Source: Bacillota bacterium (GTDB lineage Bacteria; Bacillota; Sulfobacillia; RBS10-35; JAJYVM01). From it: a stretch of DNA of 30,943 nucleotides. Positions within the stretch are counted from its first letter, which is position 1, and each line of letters begins with the position of its first letter. The stretch covers positions 1-30,943 of the forward strand of contig JAJYVM010000001.1 in NCBI GenBank assembly GCA_021792015.1, given 5' to 3'. Positions 9,334 to 17,693 of this stretch are shown in pieces. The notes beneath the pieces are model-generated. The model was not told the DNA's origin. It made no database searches and was given only the letters and a program-made list of their open reading frames with translations. Both the position numbers and the translations under genes were made by a program.

Positions 9334-10701
9334 TCAGCCCAGGACCCGGGCCAGCGCCGCAATGGCCGGCTCGACGTCCTCCTCGGCCAGGCGCCCGAAC
9401 CCCAGCACCAGGCCCCGGCCAGTCGAGGCCCGCGCGAACTCGGAGAGGGCGGCCACGCGGATTCCGGCCCGCTCGGCACGCTGGGCGGCGGCGCGGTCGT
9501 CGGCGTCCTTGGGCAGGCGCAGCAGCACGTGCACCCCGGCTGCGATGCCCTCGACGGCCAGGCTGGGCAGGTGGCCGTCGAGGGCCGCGATGAGCCTGTC
9601 GCGGCGCCGCCGGTAGACGGCGCGGACCCGCCGCAGGTGGCGCTCGTACTCGCCGGAGCGGAGCAGGATGGCAAGGGCCCGCTGCGGGAAGGTCGGCGAG
9701 CCCGCATCCAGGAGGTTCTTGAGGCGCGCCGCCTCCGCGACCAAGGTGGCCGGCAGCACGACCCAGCCGAGGCGCAGCGCGGGCATCAGCGTCTTGGACG
9801 CGGTTCCCACGTAGGCGACGCTCTCGGGGCCGAGACCCTGCAGGGCGGGCACGGACTCCTGCCCGTAGCGGAACTCGGCGTCGTAGTCGTCTTCGATCAC
9901 CAGGGCGCCGCAACCCCGCGCCCACGCCAGCAGGGCCCGGCGGCGCGGCCCGCTCAGCACCGCGCCCGTGGGGAACTGGTGGGCGGGGGTCGTCAGCACG
10001 GCGTCGCCGTGCATGCCGTCTACCACCAGCCCCTCCGCATCCACCGGCTGCCCGGCGACCTCCAGGCCGGCCTCCACGAAGCGGTCCCACTGGCTTGGCA
10101 GGCCCGGGTCATTCAGCACCGCCCGGCGGGCGCCGCGGGCGGCCAGCACCCGAGCCAGCATGTCGATGCCCTGGGCCGTTCCCTGCACGATCACCACGCG
10201 CTCGGCGTCGACCACCGCGCCCCGCACCCGGCCGAGGTAGTCGGCCAGGGCCTCCCGCAGCTCGATCGCGCCACGCACGTCGCCATAGTCGAACGAGCGC
10301 GGCGGCGCCTGCCCAATTGCCGCCCGCATCGCCGCCAGCCAGCGGTTGGCTGGGAAGAGCGTGACGTCGGGGGTGGTCGCCGTGAGGTCGAAGCGAATGC
10401 GGCCGACTGGTGCCGGGGCGCGGTCAGGGCGCGGGGAGGCTGTCCACACCTCCGCGACGACGGGCGTGGCCTTGGCGCGCGCGGCGAGGAAGCCCTGACC
10501 CGCCAGCCTGGCATAGGCCTCGGACGTCACCCCGCGCGAGACGCCCAGCGACTCGGCCAGGCGGCGCGAGGAGGGCAGGCGCGTGCCGGCGCGCAGGGCC
10601 CCGCCGGTGATGGCCTCGCGCAGGGCGCGCTCCACGGCAGCCCGCAGCGTCTCGCGCGGGCGCCGGTCGAGGTGCAACCAGCTGGCATCGTCGGCCGACA
10701 T
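9334..10701 (-). CDS. MocR/GabR-family PLP-dependent transcriptional regulator
   Basis: GntR wHTH (GTRLPSSRRLAESLGVSRGVTSEAYARLAGQG), TPAHQFPTG, IEDDYDAEFRY, GTASKTLMPALRLGW. Confidence 0.93.
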   Translation of the reverse strand: MSADDASWLHLDRRPRETLRAAVERALREAITGGALRAGTRLPSSRRLAESLGVSRGVTSEAYARLAGQGFLAARAKATPVVAEVWTASPRPDRAPAPVGRIRFDLTATTPDVTLFPANRWLAAMRAAIGQAPPRSFDYGDVRGAIELREALADYLGRVRGAVVDAERVVIVQGTAQGIDMLARVLAARGARRAVLNDPGLPSQWDRFVEAGLEVAGQPVDAEGLVVDGMHGDAVLTTPAHQFPTGAVLSGPRRRALLAWARGCGALVIEDDYDAEFRYGQESVPALQGLGPESVAYVGTASKTLMPALRLGWVVLPATLVAEAARLKNLLDAGSPTFPQRALAILLRSGEYERHLRRVRAVYRRRRDRLIAALDGHLPSLAVEGIAAGVHVLLRLPKDADDRAAAQRAERAGIRVAALSEFARASTGRGLVLGFGRLAEEDVEPAIAALARVLG

Positions 10702-10744
10702 CGATCTGGACCTTACCGGAGATCCAGATCGCCGTCAAACTGGT
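10702..10744. promoter_or_regulatory. Candidate MocR operator overlapping the mocR promoter
   Basis: Perfect 9-bp inverted repeat CGATCTGGA-N12-TCCAGATCG (10702-10731) plus a third AACTGGT copy (10738-10744). Minus-strand TTGACG-N17-TAAGGT lies 8 nt before the mocR ATG. Confidence 0.6.
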
Positions 10745-10763
10745 CGTGGGGAGGCGACTCGGC

Positions 10764-11102
10764 ATGCACTTCGTCGTCCGGGAGGGCGCCGGTGCGGCCT
10801 GGGTGCACGGTTCGCCCATGCGCGCGCAGCCGCTTTGGCCCGCGCATGCGGCCTTCATGAACGGCCTGGCCGCCGAGGGGCTCGTGGCGCTGGGCGGGCC
10901 CCTGGGGCACGTGGCGGGCGGCCGTCACGAGGCGCTCCTGGTGCTGCGCGCCGCCTCCGCGGAGGAGGCCCGGACCCGCCTGCAGGGCGATCCCTGGATC
11001 CGCCATCATATCCTGCTGATCGACGCCATCCACCCGTGGGAGATCCTGCTCGGCGAACTGCCCACCGAGCCTGGCGCGCACTCCGCCGACGCGATACCGT
11101 AG
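10764..11102 (+). CDS. YciI-like protein
   Basis: W..HAAFM..L...G.V.LGGPL...ALLV..A.S.EEA..RL..DPW pattern; GGAGG SD at 10750-10754. Confidence 0.75.
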   Translation: MHFVVREGAGAAWVHGSPMRAQPLWPAHAAFMNGLAAEGLVALGGPLGHVAGGRHEALLVLRAASAEEARTRLQGDPWIRHHILLIDAIHPWEILLGELPTEPGAHSADAIP

Positions 11103-11136
11103 GAACGGAGTGCGACCGGCGAGGGGGCTTCCCGGG

Positions 11137-12033
11137 TTGGAGATCTACGTCGACGGCAGCTTTGTCAGCAAGGATGACGCCCGCGTCTCGGTCTTCGATC
11201 ACGGTTTCCTATACGGCGACGGGGTGTTCGAGGGCATCCGCGCATACGAGGGCAGGATCTTCCGTCTCAAGGAGCACATCGACCGTCTCTACCAGTCGGC
11301 GGGCGCCCTGATGCTGGAGATCCCGGTCAGCCCCGCCGAGATGGCGGAGGTCGTGCGCGAGGCCTGCGCCCGCAACGGCCTGCACGACGCGTACATCCGC
11401 CTCATCGTCTCGCGCGGCCCGGGCGACCTGGGCCTCGACCCCCGCAAGTGCACGGAGCCCACGGTCGTCTGCATCGCGGACCGCATCGCCCTCTTCCCGC
11501 CCGAGACTTACGAAAAGGGCATCCGGGTCGGCGCCGTGTCCACGCGCCGCACGCCCACCGAGTCGCTCAACGCCCGCATCAAGTCGCTCAACTACCTGAA
11601 CAGCATCCTGGCCAAGATCGAGAGCAACCTCGCCGGCCACGCCGAGGCCCTGATGATGACGCAGGAGGGCTACGTGGCCGAGGGGCCGGGCGAGAACATC
11701 TTCATCGTGCGCGGCGGCCGCCTGCTGACGCCGCCATCCCACCTCGGCATCCTGGAGGGGATCACGCGCGCCGCCATCATGGATCTGGCCCGCGGGCGCG
11801 GCATCCCCCTCGCGGAGGCGGTCTTCACGCGCCACGACGTGTGGACCGCCGACGAGGCGTTCTTCTGCGGCACGGCGTGCGAGATCATGCCCATCACGGC
11901 CTGCGATGGCCGCCAGATCGGCGACGGCCGCCCCGGGCCGGTCACGCGGCAGCTCACGGCGGACTTCCGGGCCCTGGTCGCCAGGGAGGGTGTGCCGATC
12001 GCCGCGCCGGCCCACGCCGACAATCAGGAGTAG
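11137..12033 (+). CDS. ilvE: Branched-chain amino acid aminotransferase (class IV PLP)
   Basis: SVFDHGFLYGDGVFEGIR, KSLNYLN (PLP Lys), EGPGENIF, LEGITR, ADEAFFCGTACEIMPI. TTG 11137 has a GAGGGGG SD; GTG 11110 is an alternative start. Confidence 0.93.
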   Translation: MEIYVDGSFVSKDDARVSVFDHGFLYGDGVFEGIRAYEGRIFRLKEHIDRLYQSAGALMLEIPVSPAEMAEVVREACARNGLHDAYIRLIVSRGPGDLGLDPRKCTEPTVVCIADRIALFPPETYEKGIRVGAVSTRRTPTESLNARIKSLNYLNSILAKIESNLAGHAEALMMTQEGYVAEGPGENIFIVRGGRLLTPPSHLGILEGITRAAIMDLARGRGIPLAEAVFTRHDVWTADEAFFCGTACEIMPITACDGRQIGDGRPGPVTRQLTADFRALVAREGVPIAAPAHADNQE

Positions 12034-12061
12034 TCCGCGGCGCCCGGGGCTCTCCAGCGCC

Positions 12062-12936
12062 GTGTATGGTTCCGTGGTCCTGGCCGGCTCGCTCTGGGGC
12101 CTTGGCGGCGTCGCCGCCAAGGCCCAGTTTGCGTCCGGCCTCTCCCCGGCGGCGCTGCTCTCCCTCCGGATGTGGGGTGCGGCGCTCCTCTTTGCGGCGC
12201 TGCTGCGGGGCCGCCTGCTGCCGCCGCCGCGGTCGGCCTGGGCCCTTTTCGGCCTCGGCCTGGCCATGGCCGCCGTCCAGTTCACCTTTTACGCCACCAT
12301 CGATCTCTTGGGCGTCGCCACGGCCATCTTTCTGCAGTACACGGGGCCGGCCATGATCGCCCGCGAATGCCTCACGCATGGCCTTCGCCCTCCATGGCTA
12401 CGGAGCGGGGCCAGCGGCCCAACTGGCTGGCCCTCGGGGTCGCCACGGCCGGCTGCCTGCTCCTGGTCGGCGGCGGCATGCGCCTCAGCGCCGCGGGGCT
12501 GGCGTACGGCCTGGTCTCGGCCGGCCTGATGGGCGTCGTCAACGTCCTCACCCGCGAGCGGGTGGCCCTTGGCGACGATCCGTGGGGGCTCGTCGCCTGG
12601 AGCATGGCCATCGCGGCTGTCGCCTGGTCGTTCGCCGCGCCGCCATGGCGCGCGGTGGCGGCCGTGGGATCGCCGGCCGGCTGGATCCTGACGGCCGCCA
12701 TCATCGTGCTGGCCACCGTGGTGCCGTTCGGCATCTTCTCCGCCGCCCTCCGGGTGCTGGACGCCGGACGGGCCAGCATCGTGGCCATGGTGGAGCCGGT
12801 GGTCGGTGCCGTGGCGGCCTGGCTGCTGCTGGGCGAGGCGCTCTCGGCCGGCCAGATCACCGGCGGCGCCCTGATCCTGGCGGCGGTCGCGCTGCTCCAG
12901 GTCGAGGGGCAGCGGCGAAGGCCGGTGCCCGAGTGA
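12062..12936 (+). pseudogene. EamA/DMT transporter split by a frameshift (or sequencing error)
   Basis: First EamA repeat (LWGLGG...GVATAIFLQYTGP) is in the frame of ORF 11906..12529. The remainder (LALGVATAGCLLLV...ASIVAMVEPVVGAVAAWLLLGE) is in the frame of 12172..12936. The shift lies between about 12356 and 12423. Confidence 0.75.
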
Positions 12937-13061
12937 TGCGCGCGCGCACCCAGCCGGCGGCAGGACCCCGCGGCCCGGGGGCGCTTGGGTGGCGCGGCGC
13001 ACGCCCGGGAAGCCGTCCGAACGGCCGACGCGCAGGCGGCGGCCGTCACAAAATGGGCTGC

Positions 13062-13091
13062 TTGCCCCGCGCGGGCCCCGGGGGCTACAAT
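13062..13091 (+). promoter_or_regulatory. Sigma-A-type promoter for the T-box/serS transcript
   Basis: TTGCCC-N18-TACAAT immediately 5' of the T-box leader. Confidence 0.6.
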
Positions 13092-13096
13092 TGGCG

Positions 13097-13283
13097 CGGA
13101 CGCAGGGGGAACCATGGCCGACGCGCACCGCGCCGCAGAGAGCCGGGGGAGGTGCGACCCGGCGCGCGCCGCCCGGCTTCCAGTCCCCGCGGACGGAGCA
13201 TAGCGACGACCGATCCAGAGCGAAAAATGCGGGTGGCACCGCGGGCATGACATGGCCCGCCCCGGCTGGGGCGGGCCGCTTTG
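13097..13283 (+). ncRNA. T-box riboswitch leader with serine specifier (UCC)
   Basis: Stem I with AGAGA and GGUG motifs, UCC-A specifier at 13179-13182, T-box AAUGCGGGUGGCACCGCG at 13226-13243, alternative terminator stem GGCCCGCCCC/GGGGCGGGCC (13254-13277). Lies upstream of serS. Confidence 0.9.
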
Positions 13284-13303
13284 CATCTTGGGGGGATGGG
13301 ACC

Positions 13304-14554
13304 ATGCTGGATCCAGAGATCATCCGCACGCAGCCGGAGGCTGTGCGGGAAGCCGTGCGGGTCAAGGGGGCGCCCATCGACGTCGACCGGCTGCTGTCCG
13401 TCGACGGGGAGTGGCGCCAGCTCACCTTCGCCGCCGACGAGCTGCGGGCGCGGCGCAACCGCCTCAGCAAGGCCGGGCCCTCCGCCCGCACGGAGGGGGC
13501 GCAGGTGCGCGACGAGTTGCGCCAGGTCGAGGACCGGTTGCGGGTGGTCAGCGAGGAGCGGGATCGCCTGCTGCTGCAGGTGCCGGCCATCCCGGCGCCG
13601 GATGTGCCCGTCGGGCCCGACGCCAGCGCCAACGTGCCCGTCAAGCACTGGGGCCGGCCACCGGAGCTCGGGAGCTGGCAGCGGGACCATGTCGAGCTGC
13701 TGCATGGCCTGGGTGCGCTGGAGACGGAGCGGACGGCCGTCTTCGCCGGCTCGCGGGCGTACACGCTGCGCAACGCGGCCGTGCTGCTGGAGCAGGCGGT
13801 ATTCCGGCTGGCCCTCGACCTCATCCGCCCCCACGGCTTTGACCTGGTCGAGGTGCCGACCCTGCTGGGGCCGCGGCCGTTTTACGGCACCGGGCACTTC
13901 CCTGACAACGAGGGCCAGACGTACGAGGTGGACGGGCGCTTTCTGGCGGGCACGGCGGAGGTGCCGCTGCTCGGCCTGCACCTCGACGAGATCGTGGATG
14001 GCGCCCGGCTGCCCATCCGCCACCTCGGGCTGTCGGCCTGCTACCGGCGCGAGGCCGGGGCCGCCGGGCGTGACACGCGCGGCCTCTATCGGGTGCACGA
14101 GTTCCGGAAGCTGGAGCAGTTCGCCGTCTGCGCGGCCGACCCGGCCGCGTCCGATGCCCTGCACTTCGAGCTGCTGGGCCACGCCGAGACGCTCCTGCAG
14201 GCCCTGGAGCTCCCGTACCGCGTCGTGGCCGTCTGCACGGGCGACATGGGGCTGGGCAAGGTCCGCATGCACGACATCGAGACGTGGATGCCGGGGCGCG
14301 GCGACTACGGGGAGACGCACTCCTGCTCGTCGCTCGGCGACTGGCAGGCGCGGCGGGCCGGGCTCCGCTACCGCGATGCGGAGGGGCGGCTGCGGTACGC
14401 CTTCACGCTGAACAACACGGCGGCGGCCTCGCCACGGCTCCTGATCCCCCTGGTCGAGTGCCACCAGCAGCCGGACGGCAGCGTGCGCGTGCCGGCCGCG
14501 CTGCGGCCCCACATGGGCGGGATCGAGGTCCTTTCGCCCGAGCCCGCGGTCTGA
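13304..14554 (+). CDS. serS: Seryl-tRNA synthetase
   Basis: MLD..IR..PE, coiled-coil arm, P.DVPVG, GTAEVPL, YRREAGAAGRDTRGLYRVHEF.K.EQF, ETHSCS...DWQARR, TLNNTAAASPRLL. Confidence 0.96.
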   Translation: MLDPEIIRTQPEAVREAVRVKGAPIDVDRLLSVDGEWRQLTFAADELRARRNRLSKAGPSARTEGAQVRDELRQVEDRLRVVSEERDRLLLQVPAIPAPDVPVGPDASANVPVKHWGRPPELGSWQRDHVELLHGLGALETERTAVFAGSRAYTLRNAAVLLEQAVFRLALDLIRPHGFDLVEVPTLLGPRPFYGTGHFPDNEGQTYEVDGRFLAGTAEVPLLGLHLDEIVDGARLPIRHLGLSACYRREAGAAGRDTRGLYRVHEFRKLEQFAVCAADPAASDALHFELLGHAETLLQALELPYRVVAVCTGDMGLGKVRMHDIETWMPGRGDYGETHSCSSLGDWQARRAGLRYRDAEGRLRYAFTLNNTAAASPRLLIPLVECHQQPDGSVRVPAALRPHMGGIEVLSPEPAV

Positions 14555-14937
14555 TGCGACCCCTGTGACGGATACTACTGGAGGGCCGGTTGGCGGCAGG
14601 AACCAGCCCCGCCGGCGCGAAAAGCCCGTCACGAAAGCGGATGCCGATGACCGGAGGGAGCGCCGCTTGCAGGTGCGCCGGCTGACGGATGGGTTCCGGG
14701 TGGGGGCGGGGCGCGCGGGCCGGTGCGTGGCCGCGGCCGGGACGCCGGACCGTGGACCCACGCCGGCCGAGCATCGGTGGTCCGACCTGGCCGCATCGCG
14801 CTTCACACCCGCCACAGTCCTCCGGAGCCCCTCACAACCAGCTCGGCCCGTGGCAGCGCCGGCGCTGGCCGCCGTGCGGCAGCCCGGACACAGGCACGCC
14901 CCGGCGGCGTGGCCGGGGCGCGCAGGTCATTCCAGGT

Positions 14938-15013
14938 TGGTGGAGATGACGGGACTTGAACCCGTGGCCTCCGCGATGCGAACGCGGCGCTCTCCCAACT
15001 GAGCTACATCCCC
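14938..15013 (-). tRNA. tRNA-Ala (anticodon CGC), CCA encoded
   Basis: Reverse complement GGGGATGTAGCTCAGTTGGGAGAGCGCCGCGTTCGCATCGCGGAGGCCACGGGTTCAAGTCCCGTCATCTCCACCA (76 nt); cloverleaf, G3:U70 Ala determinant, TTCAA T-loop. Confidence 0.97.
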
Positions 15014-15022
15014 AGCACACGC

Positions 15023-15052
15023 ATTGTGCGCTGCGGGGCCGGAAAAAGTCAA
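15023..15052 (-). promoter_or_regulatory. Probable promoter of tRNA-Ala
   Basis: Minus-strand TTGACT-N18-CACAAT ending 9 nt before the tRNA 5' end. Confidence 0.5.
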
Positions 15053-15111
15053 CGAGGGAGGAGGGGGGCCGCGACCGGTTTCCGACGTACCCGAAAGGTG
15101 GCGAGGCGTTG

Positions 15112-15318
15112 ATGGCGCAGAGCAGGGCGGCCAGATACGTTTGCGTCGGGTGCGGCAGCGAGGGGTTGCTTGCCGAGGACCAGGTCGGGAGCGGGCGTGC
15201 GCGCTGCCCCCAGTGCGGTCGGGCCCTCGATATCGAGCGTGAGGCCATGCAGCCGGTCGGCGCGGGTGAACCCGTTCTGACATCGGGCCCGGAGACGAGG
15301 CTGCTGCCGGCGAGCTAG
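15112..15318 (+). CDS. Small zinc-ribbon protein (68 aa)
   Basis: CVGC-x17-CPQC; purine-rich AAAGGTGGCGAGG upstream; followed by an intrinsic terminator. Confidence 0.7.
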   Translation: MAQSRAARYVCVGCGSEGLLAEDQVGSGRARCPQCGRALDIEREAMQPVGAGEPVLTSGPETRLLPAS

Positions 15319-15359
15319 GCGAAGCAGGGCGCGACGGAGCACACGGCGGCAGGTTGGCG

Positions 15360-15405
15360 CGGGCCAGGGCCGGGTGCGGCAAATGCCGCTCTGGCCCGTT
15401 TTTTT
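15360..15405 (+). terminator. Intrinsic terminator
   Basis: CGGGCCAGGGC...GCTCTGGCCCG stem followed by T7 (15399-15405). Confidence 0.8.
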
Positions 15406-15457
15406 GCCCAGCCGGGCGGAAGGAGGTGGACCGCGGGTGGCGTACTACCCCCCGTAA

Positions 15458-15482
15458 GTGGGTCTAGGTGGGGCAAAGTGGG
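15458..15482 (+). promoter_or_regulatory. MraZ-binding direct repeats
   Basis: GTGGG at 15458, 15468 and 15478 (10-bp period) just upstream of mraZ, the arrangement known for MraZ autorepression. Confidence 0.8.
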
Positions 15483-15494
15483 GGATCCGGCCGG

Positions 15495-15926
15495 GTGTTC
15501 ATGGGTGAGTACCGCCATGCGTTGGACGAGAAGGGGCGCCTCACCCTTCCCGCCCGCCTGCGCGAGGGGCTGGGCCAGCCCTTCGTGGCCACGCGCGGCT
15601 TTGAGAACTGTGTCTTCCTCTATCCCCAGCCCGAGTGGGAGGCGCTGGAGGCCCGCATCCGCGCGCTGCCCTTCAACCAGGCCAACGCGCGCGCCTTCGC
15701 CCGCATCTTCTTCGCCGGCGCCGCCGAGTGCCGCCCCGACGGGCAGGGCAGGGTACTGCTGCCGCCCGCGCTGCGCGAGTACGCGCGCATCGCGCGCGAG
15801 ACCGTGATTCTCGGCGTCAGCGGCCGCGTGGAGGTCTGGGCGGAGGCGGAATGGGACCGGTATGCCGCCGCGGCCGCCAACGACTACGCGGCTTTGGCCG
15901 AGCAGCTGCAGGGGCTGGGCGAGTGA
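15495..15926 (+). CDS. mraZ: Division/cell wall cluster transcriptional regulator MraZ
   Basis: (M)[37 protein letters not shown]; 143 aa from GTG 15495. Confidence 0.96.
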   Translation: MFMGEYRHALDEKGRLTLPARLREGLGQPFVATRGFENCVFLYPQPEWEALEARIRALPFNQANARAFARIFFAGAAECRPDGQGRVLLPPALREYARIARETVILGVSGRVEVWAEAEWDRYAAAAANDYAALAEQLQGLGE

Positions 15927-16807
15927 GCGTGCACGTGCCGGTGCTGGGCGCCGAGGTGCTGCAGTGGCTGCAGCCCCGTGCGGGTGGCGTCTACGTCGAC
16001 GCCACGGTCGGCTACGGCGGCCATGCGGCGGCGATTTTGGCAGCCGCCCCGGGCGGCCGCCTGATCGGCCTCGACCGTGACGAGCGGGCGCTGGCGGGTG
16101 CCCGCGAGCGCCTGGCGGCCTTCGGCGCGCGCGCCCACCTCGTCCACGCCGACTTCGCCCAGCTGGGCGAGGTTCTGGCCGGTCAGCCGGCCGACGGCAT
16201 CCTGTTCGACGTCGGCGTCAGCTCCGCTCAGCTGGACGATCCTGTGCGTGGCTTCTCCTTCCGGGCGGACGCGCCGCTCGACATGCGCATGGACCCCAGC
16301 CGGGGCCAGACGGCGGCCGATCTCGTCAACACGCTGCCTGGGCCCGAGCTGGCCGAGATCCTCCTGCGGTACGGGGAGGAGCGCTGGGCGGCCCGGATCG
16401 CGGACTTCGTGGTCCAGGCCCGACGCCGGCGACCCATCGCCACGACCGGGGACCTCGTGGAGATCATCCGCGCGGCCGTGCGCGCCGGCGCCCGCCGGGG
16501 GCCCGGCCACCCGGCCCGGCGGACCTTTCAGGCCCTGCGCATCGCTGTCAACGGGGAGCTGGATGCCCTGCGGGCCGGCCTGGCCGCCGCGGCGGCCGCC
16601 CTCGCCCCCCTCGGCCGCGTCGTCGTCATCGCATTCCACTCCCTGGAGGATCGCATCGTGAAGACAACCTTTCGCGGACTCGGCCAGCACGGCTTCGCCG
16701 TCCTGACCAAAAAGCCCGTCCGGCCCACCGCCGCTGAGACCGCGGCCAATCCGCGCGCGCGGAGCGCCCGGCTGCGCGCCCTGGCCAGGGAGGGGATCGG
16801 AGCATGA
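15923..16807 (+). CDS. rsmH: 16S rRNA m4C1402 methyltransferase
   Basis: [27 protein letters not shown]...[45 protein letters not shown]. Confidence 0.96.
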   Translation: MSVHVPVLGAEVLQWLQPRAGGVYVDATVGYGGHAAAILAAAPGGRLIGLDRDERALAGARERLAAFGARAHLVHADFAQLGEVLAGQPADGILFDVGVSSAQLDDPVRGFSFRADAPLDMRMDPSRGQTAADLVNTLPGPELAEILLRYGEERWAARIADFVVQARRRRPIATTGDLVEIIRAAVRAGARRGPGHPARRTFQALRIAVNGELDALRAGLAAAAAALAPLGRVVVIAFHSLEDRIVKTTFRGLGQHGFAVLTKKPVRPTAAETAANPRARSARLRALAREGIGA

Positions 16808-17280
16808 CGGCCACACGCGGTGCCGTGGCGCCCCAGCTGGAGCGGCGCCCGCAGCCCGGCCCGGCGCGAGCCCCCTCGACCCGGCTCAGCTTGGCCACCT
16901 TCTCCGAGGGCCTGACGGCGATCCTGATCTGCGGCGGGCTGCTGCTCGGCGTGGCGTCCGCTGCCGCGGCCATCACGCAGGCCGGCTACAACCTCGACCA
17001 CGCCAAGCACGTCCTTGCCACCACCCAGGACGCCGAGCAGCGCCTCGCCGTCCAGGTGGCCTCCCTGCAGGCGCCCGCACGGCTGGCCGCCATCGCCACC
17101 TCGCGCCTCGGCATGTCCCTACCCACCTCCTTCGACACGGTCCAGCCGCAGCCCGTCCAGAACCCGCCGGCGCCACGGCCGCACGCCGCCGTGATCACCA
17201 TCGCCGCCGTCAGCCCCGGGCCGGGATCTCTCACCGCACTATGGGACAGCCTTCGCACGTTTGTTGCGCACATGCGATAA
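16804..17280 (+). CDS. ftsL: Cell division protein FtsL
   Basis: Position after rsmH, one TM, coiled coil ending L..P.RL..IA...LGM..P. Confidence 0.8.
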   Translation: MTATRGAVAPQLERRPQPGPARAPSTRLSLATFSEGLTAILICGGLLLGVASAAAAITQAGYNLDHAKHVLATTQDAEQRLAVQVASLQAPARLAAIATSRLGMSLPTSFDTVQPQPVQNPPAPRPHAAVITIAAVSPGPGSLTALWDSLRTFVAHMR

Positions 17281-17345
17281 CCAGGGAAGGGAAGCCCTCG
17301 CGGATCGCATAACAATGGACGGTGCCCACCCGGCCCCCGGAGGCA

Positions 17346-17564
17346 TGGATGCCGGAGGCCATGCGGGATGCATTCTGGATGCCGGAGGCCATGCGGGATG
17401 CATTCTGGATGCCGGCGGCCATGCGGGATGCATTCTGGACGCCGGAGGCTACGCGGGATGCATTATGGATGGCGGCAGCCATGCCGGTGCGTTGTGGATG
17501 GCGGCAGCCATGCCGGTGCGTTGTGGACGCCGGAGGGCGCGCGGATGCATTCTGGACGCCGGAG
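17346..17564. repeat. Tandem array of 29-30-bp units (TGGATGCCGGAGGCCATGCGGGATGCATTC), seven units plus a partial
   Basis: Units start at 17346, 17376, 17406, 17436 (30 bp), then 17466, 17495, 17524 (29 bp), partial at 17553. Units 1 and 2 are identical, as are 5 and 6. No spacers. Confidence 0.95.
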
Positions 17565-17693
17565 CCCGCCCGCGACGGGGTGGACCGGGGCCATGCGTGC
17601 ATGCCGGTGACCCCACGGCGACCGCGGGACCGCGTAAGGTGGGTGGGGGCGCCCTTGGCCAGCCGGGCCCGGGCGCGTGGGGAGGCAACCTTG

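Noticed and set aside
12937-13050. Structured ncRNA between eamA and the serS promoter
   Set aside because: Short inverted repeats (CACCCA/TGGGTG, ACGGCCG/CGGCCGT) are present but unremarkable at this GC content, and no family motif was recognised.
14600-14700. IS256-like transposase C-terminal remnant on the minus strand (LPPVIGIRFRDG)
   Set aside because: Only a few residues of resemblance; no DDE region, terminal repeats or target duplication identifiable.
14938-14960. Integrated element at tRNA-Ala
   Set aside because: I found no duplicate of the tRNA 3' end and no integrase in the window.
17466-17523. Similarity of GGATGGCGGC to enterobacterial REP sequences
   Set aside because: A 10-bp GC-rich match is expected by chance, and the REP guide tetranucleotide and stem arrangement do not match.
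17346-17564. CRISPR array
   Set aside because: Units are directly adjacent with no unique spacers, and there are no cas genes in the window. The same applies to the 34- and 42-bp arrays.
17368-17610. Cys-rich repeat peptide (MHSGCRRPCG)n as a RiPP precursor
   Set aside because: It is a by-product of the DNA repeat, with no modifying enzymes nearby. The SD/ATG spacing is noted under the repeat finding instead.
17322-17693. 124-aa N-terminal extension of MurE as called in the ORF track
   Set aside because: A strong GGAGG SD precedes TTG 17691/ATG 17694 where MurE similarity begins. The repeat has no stop in any frame, so the open frame is uninformative.
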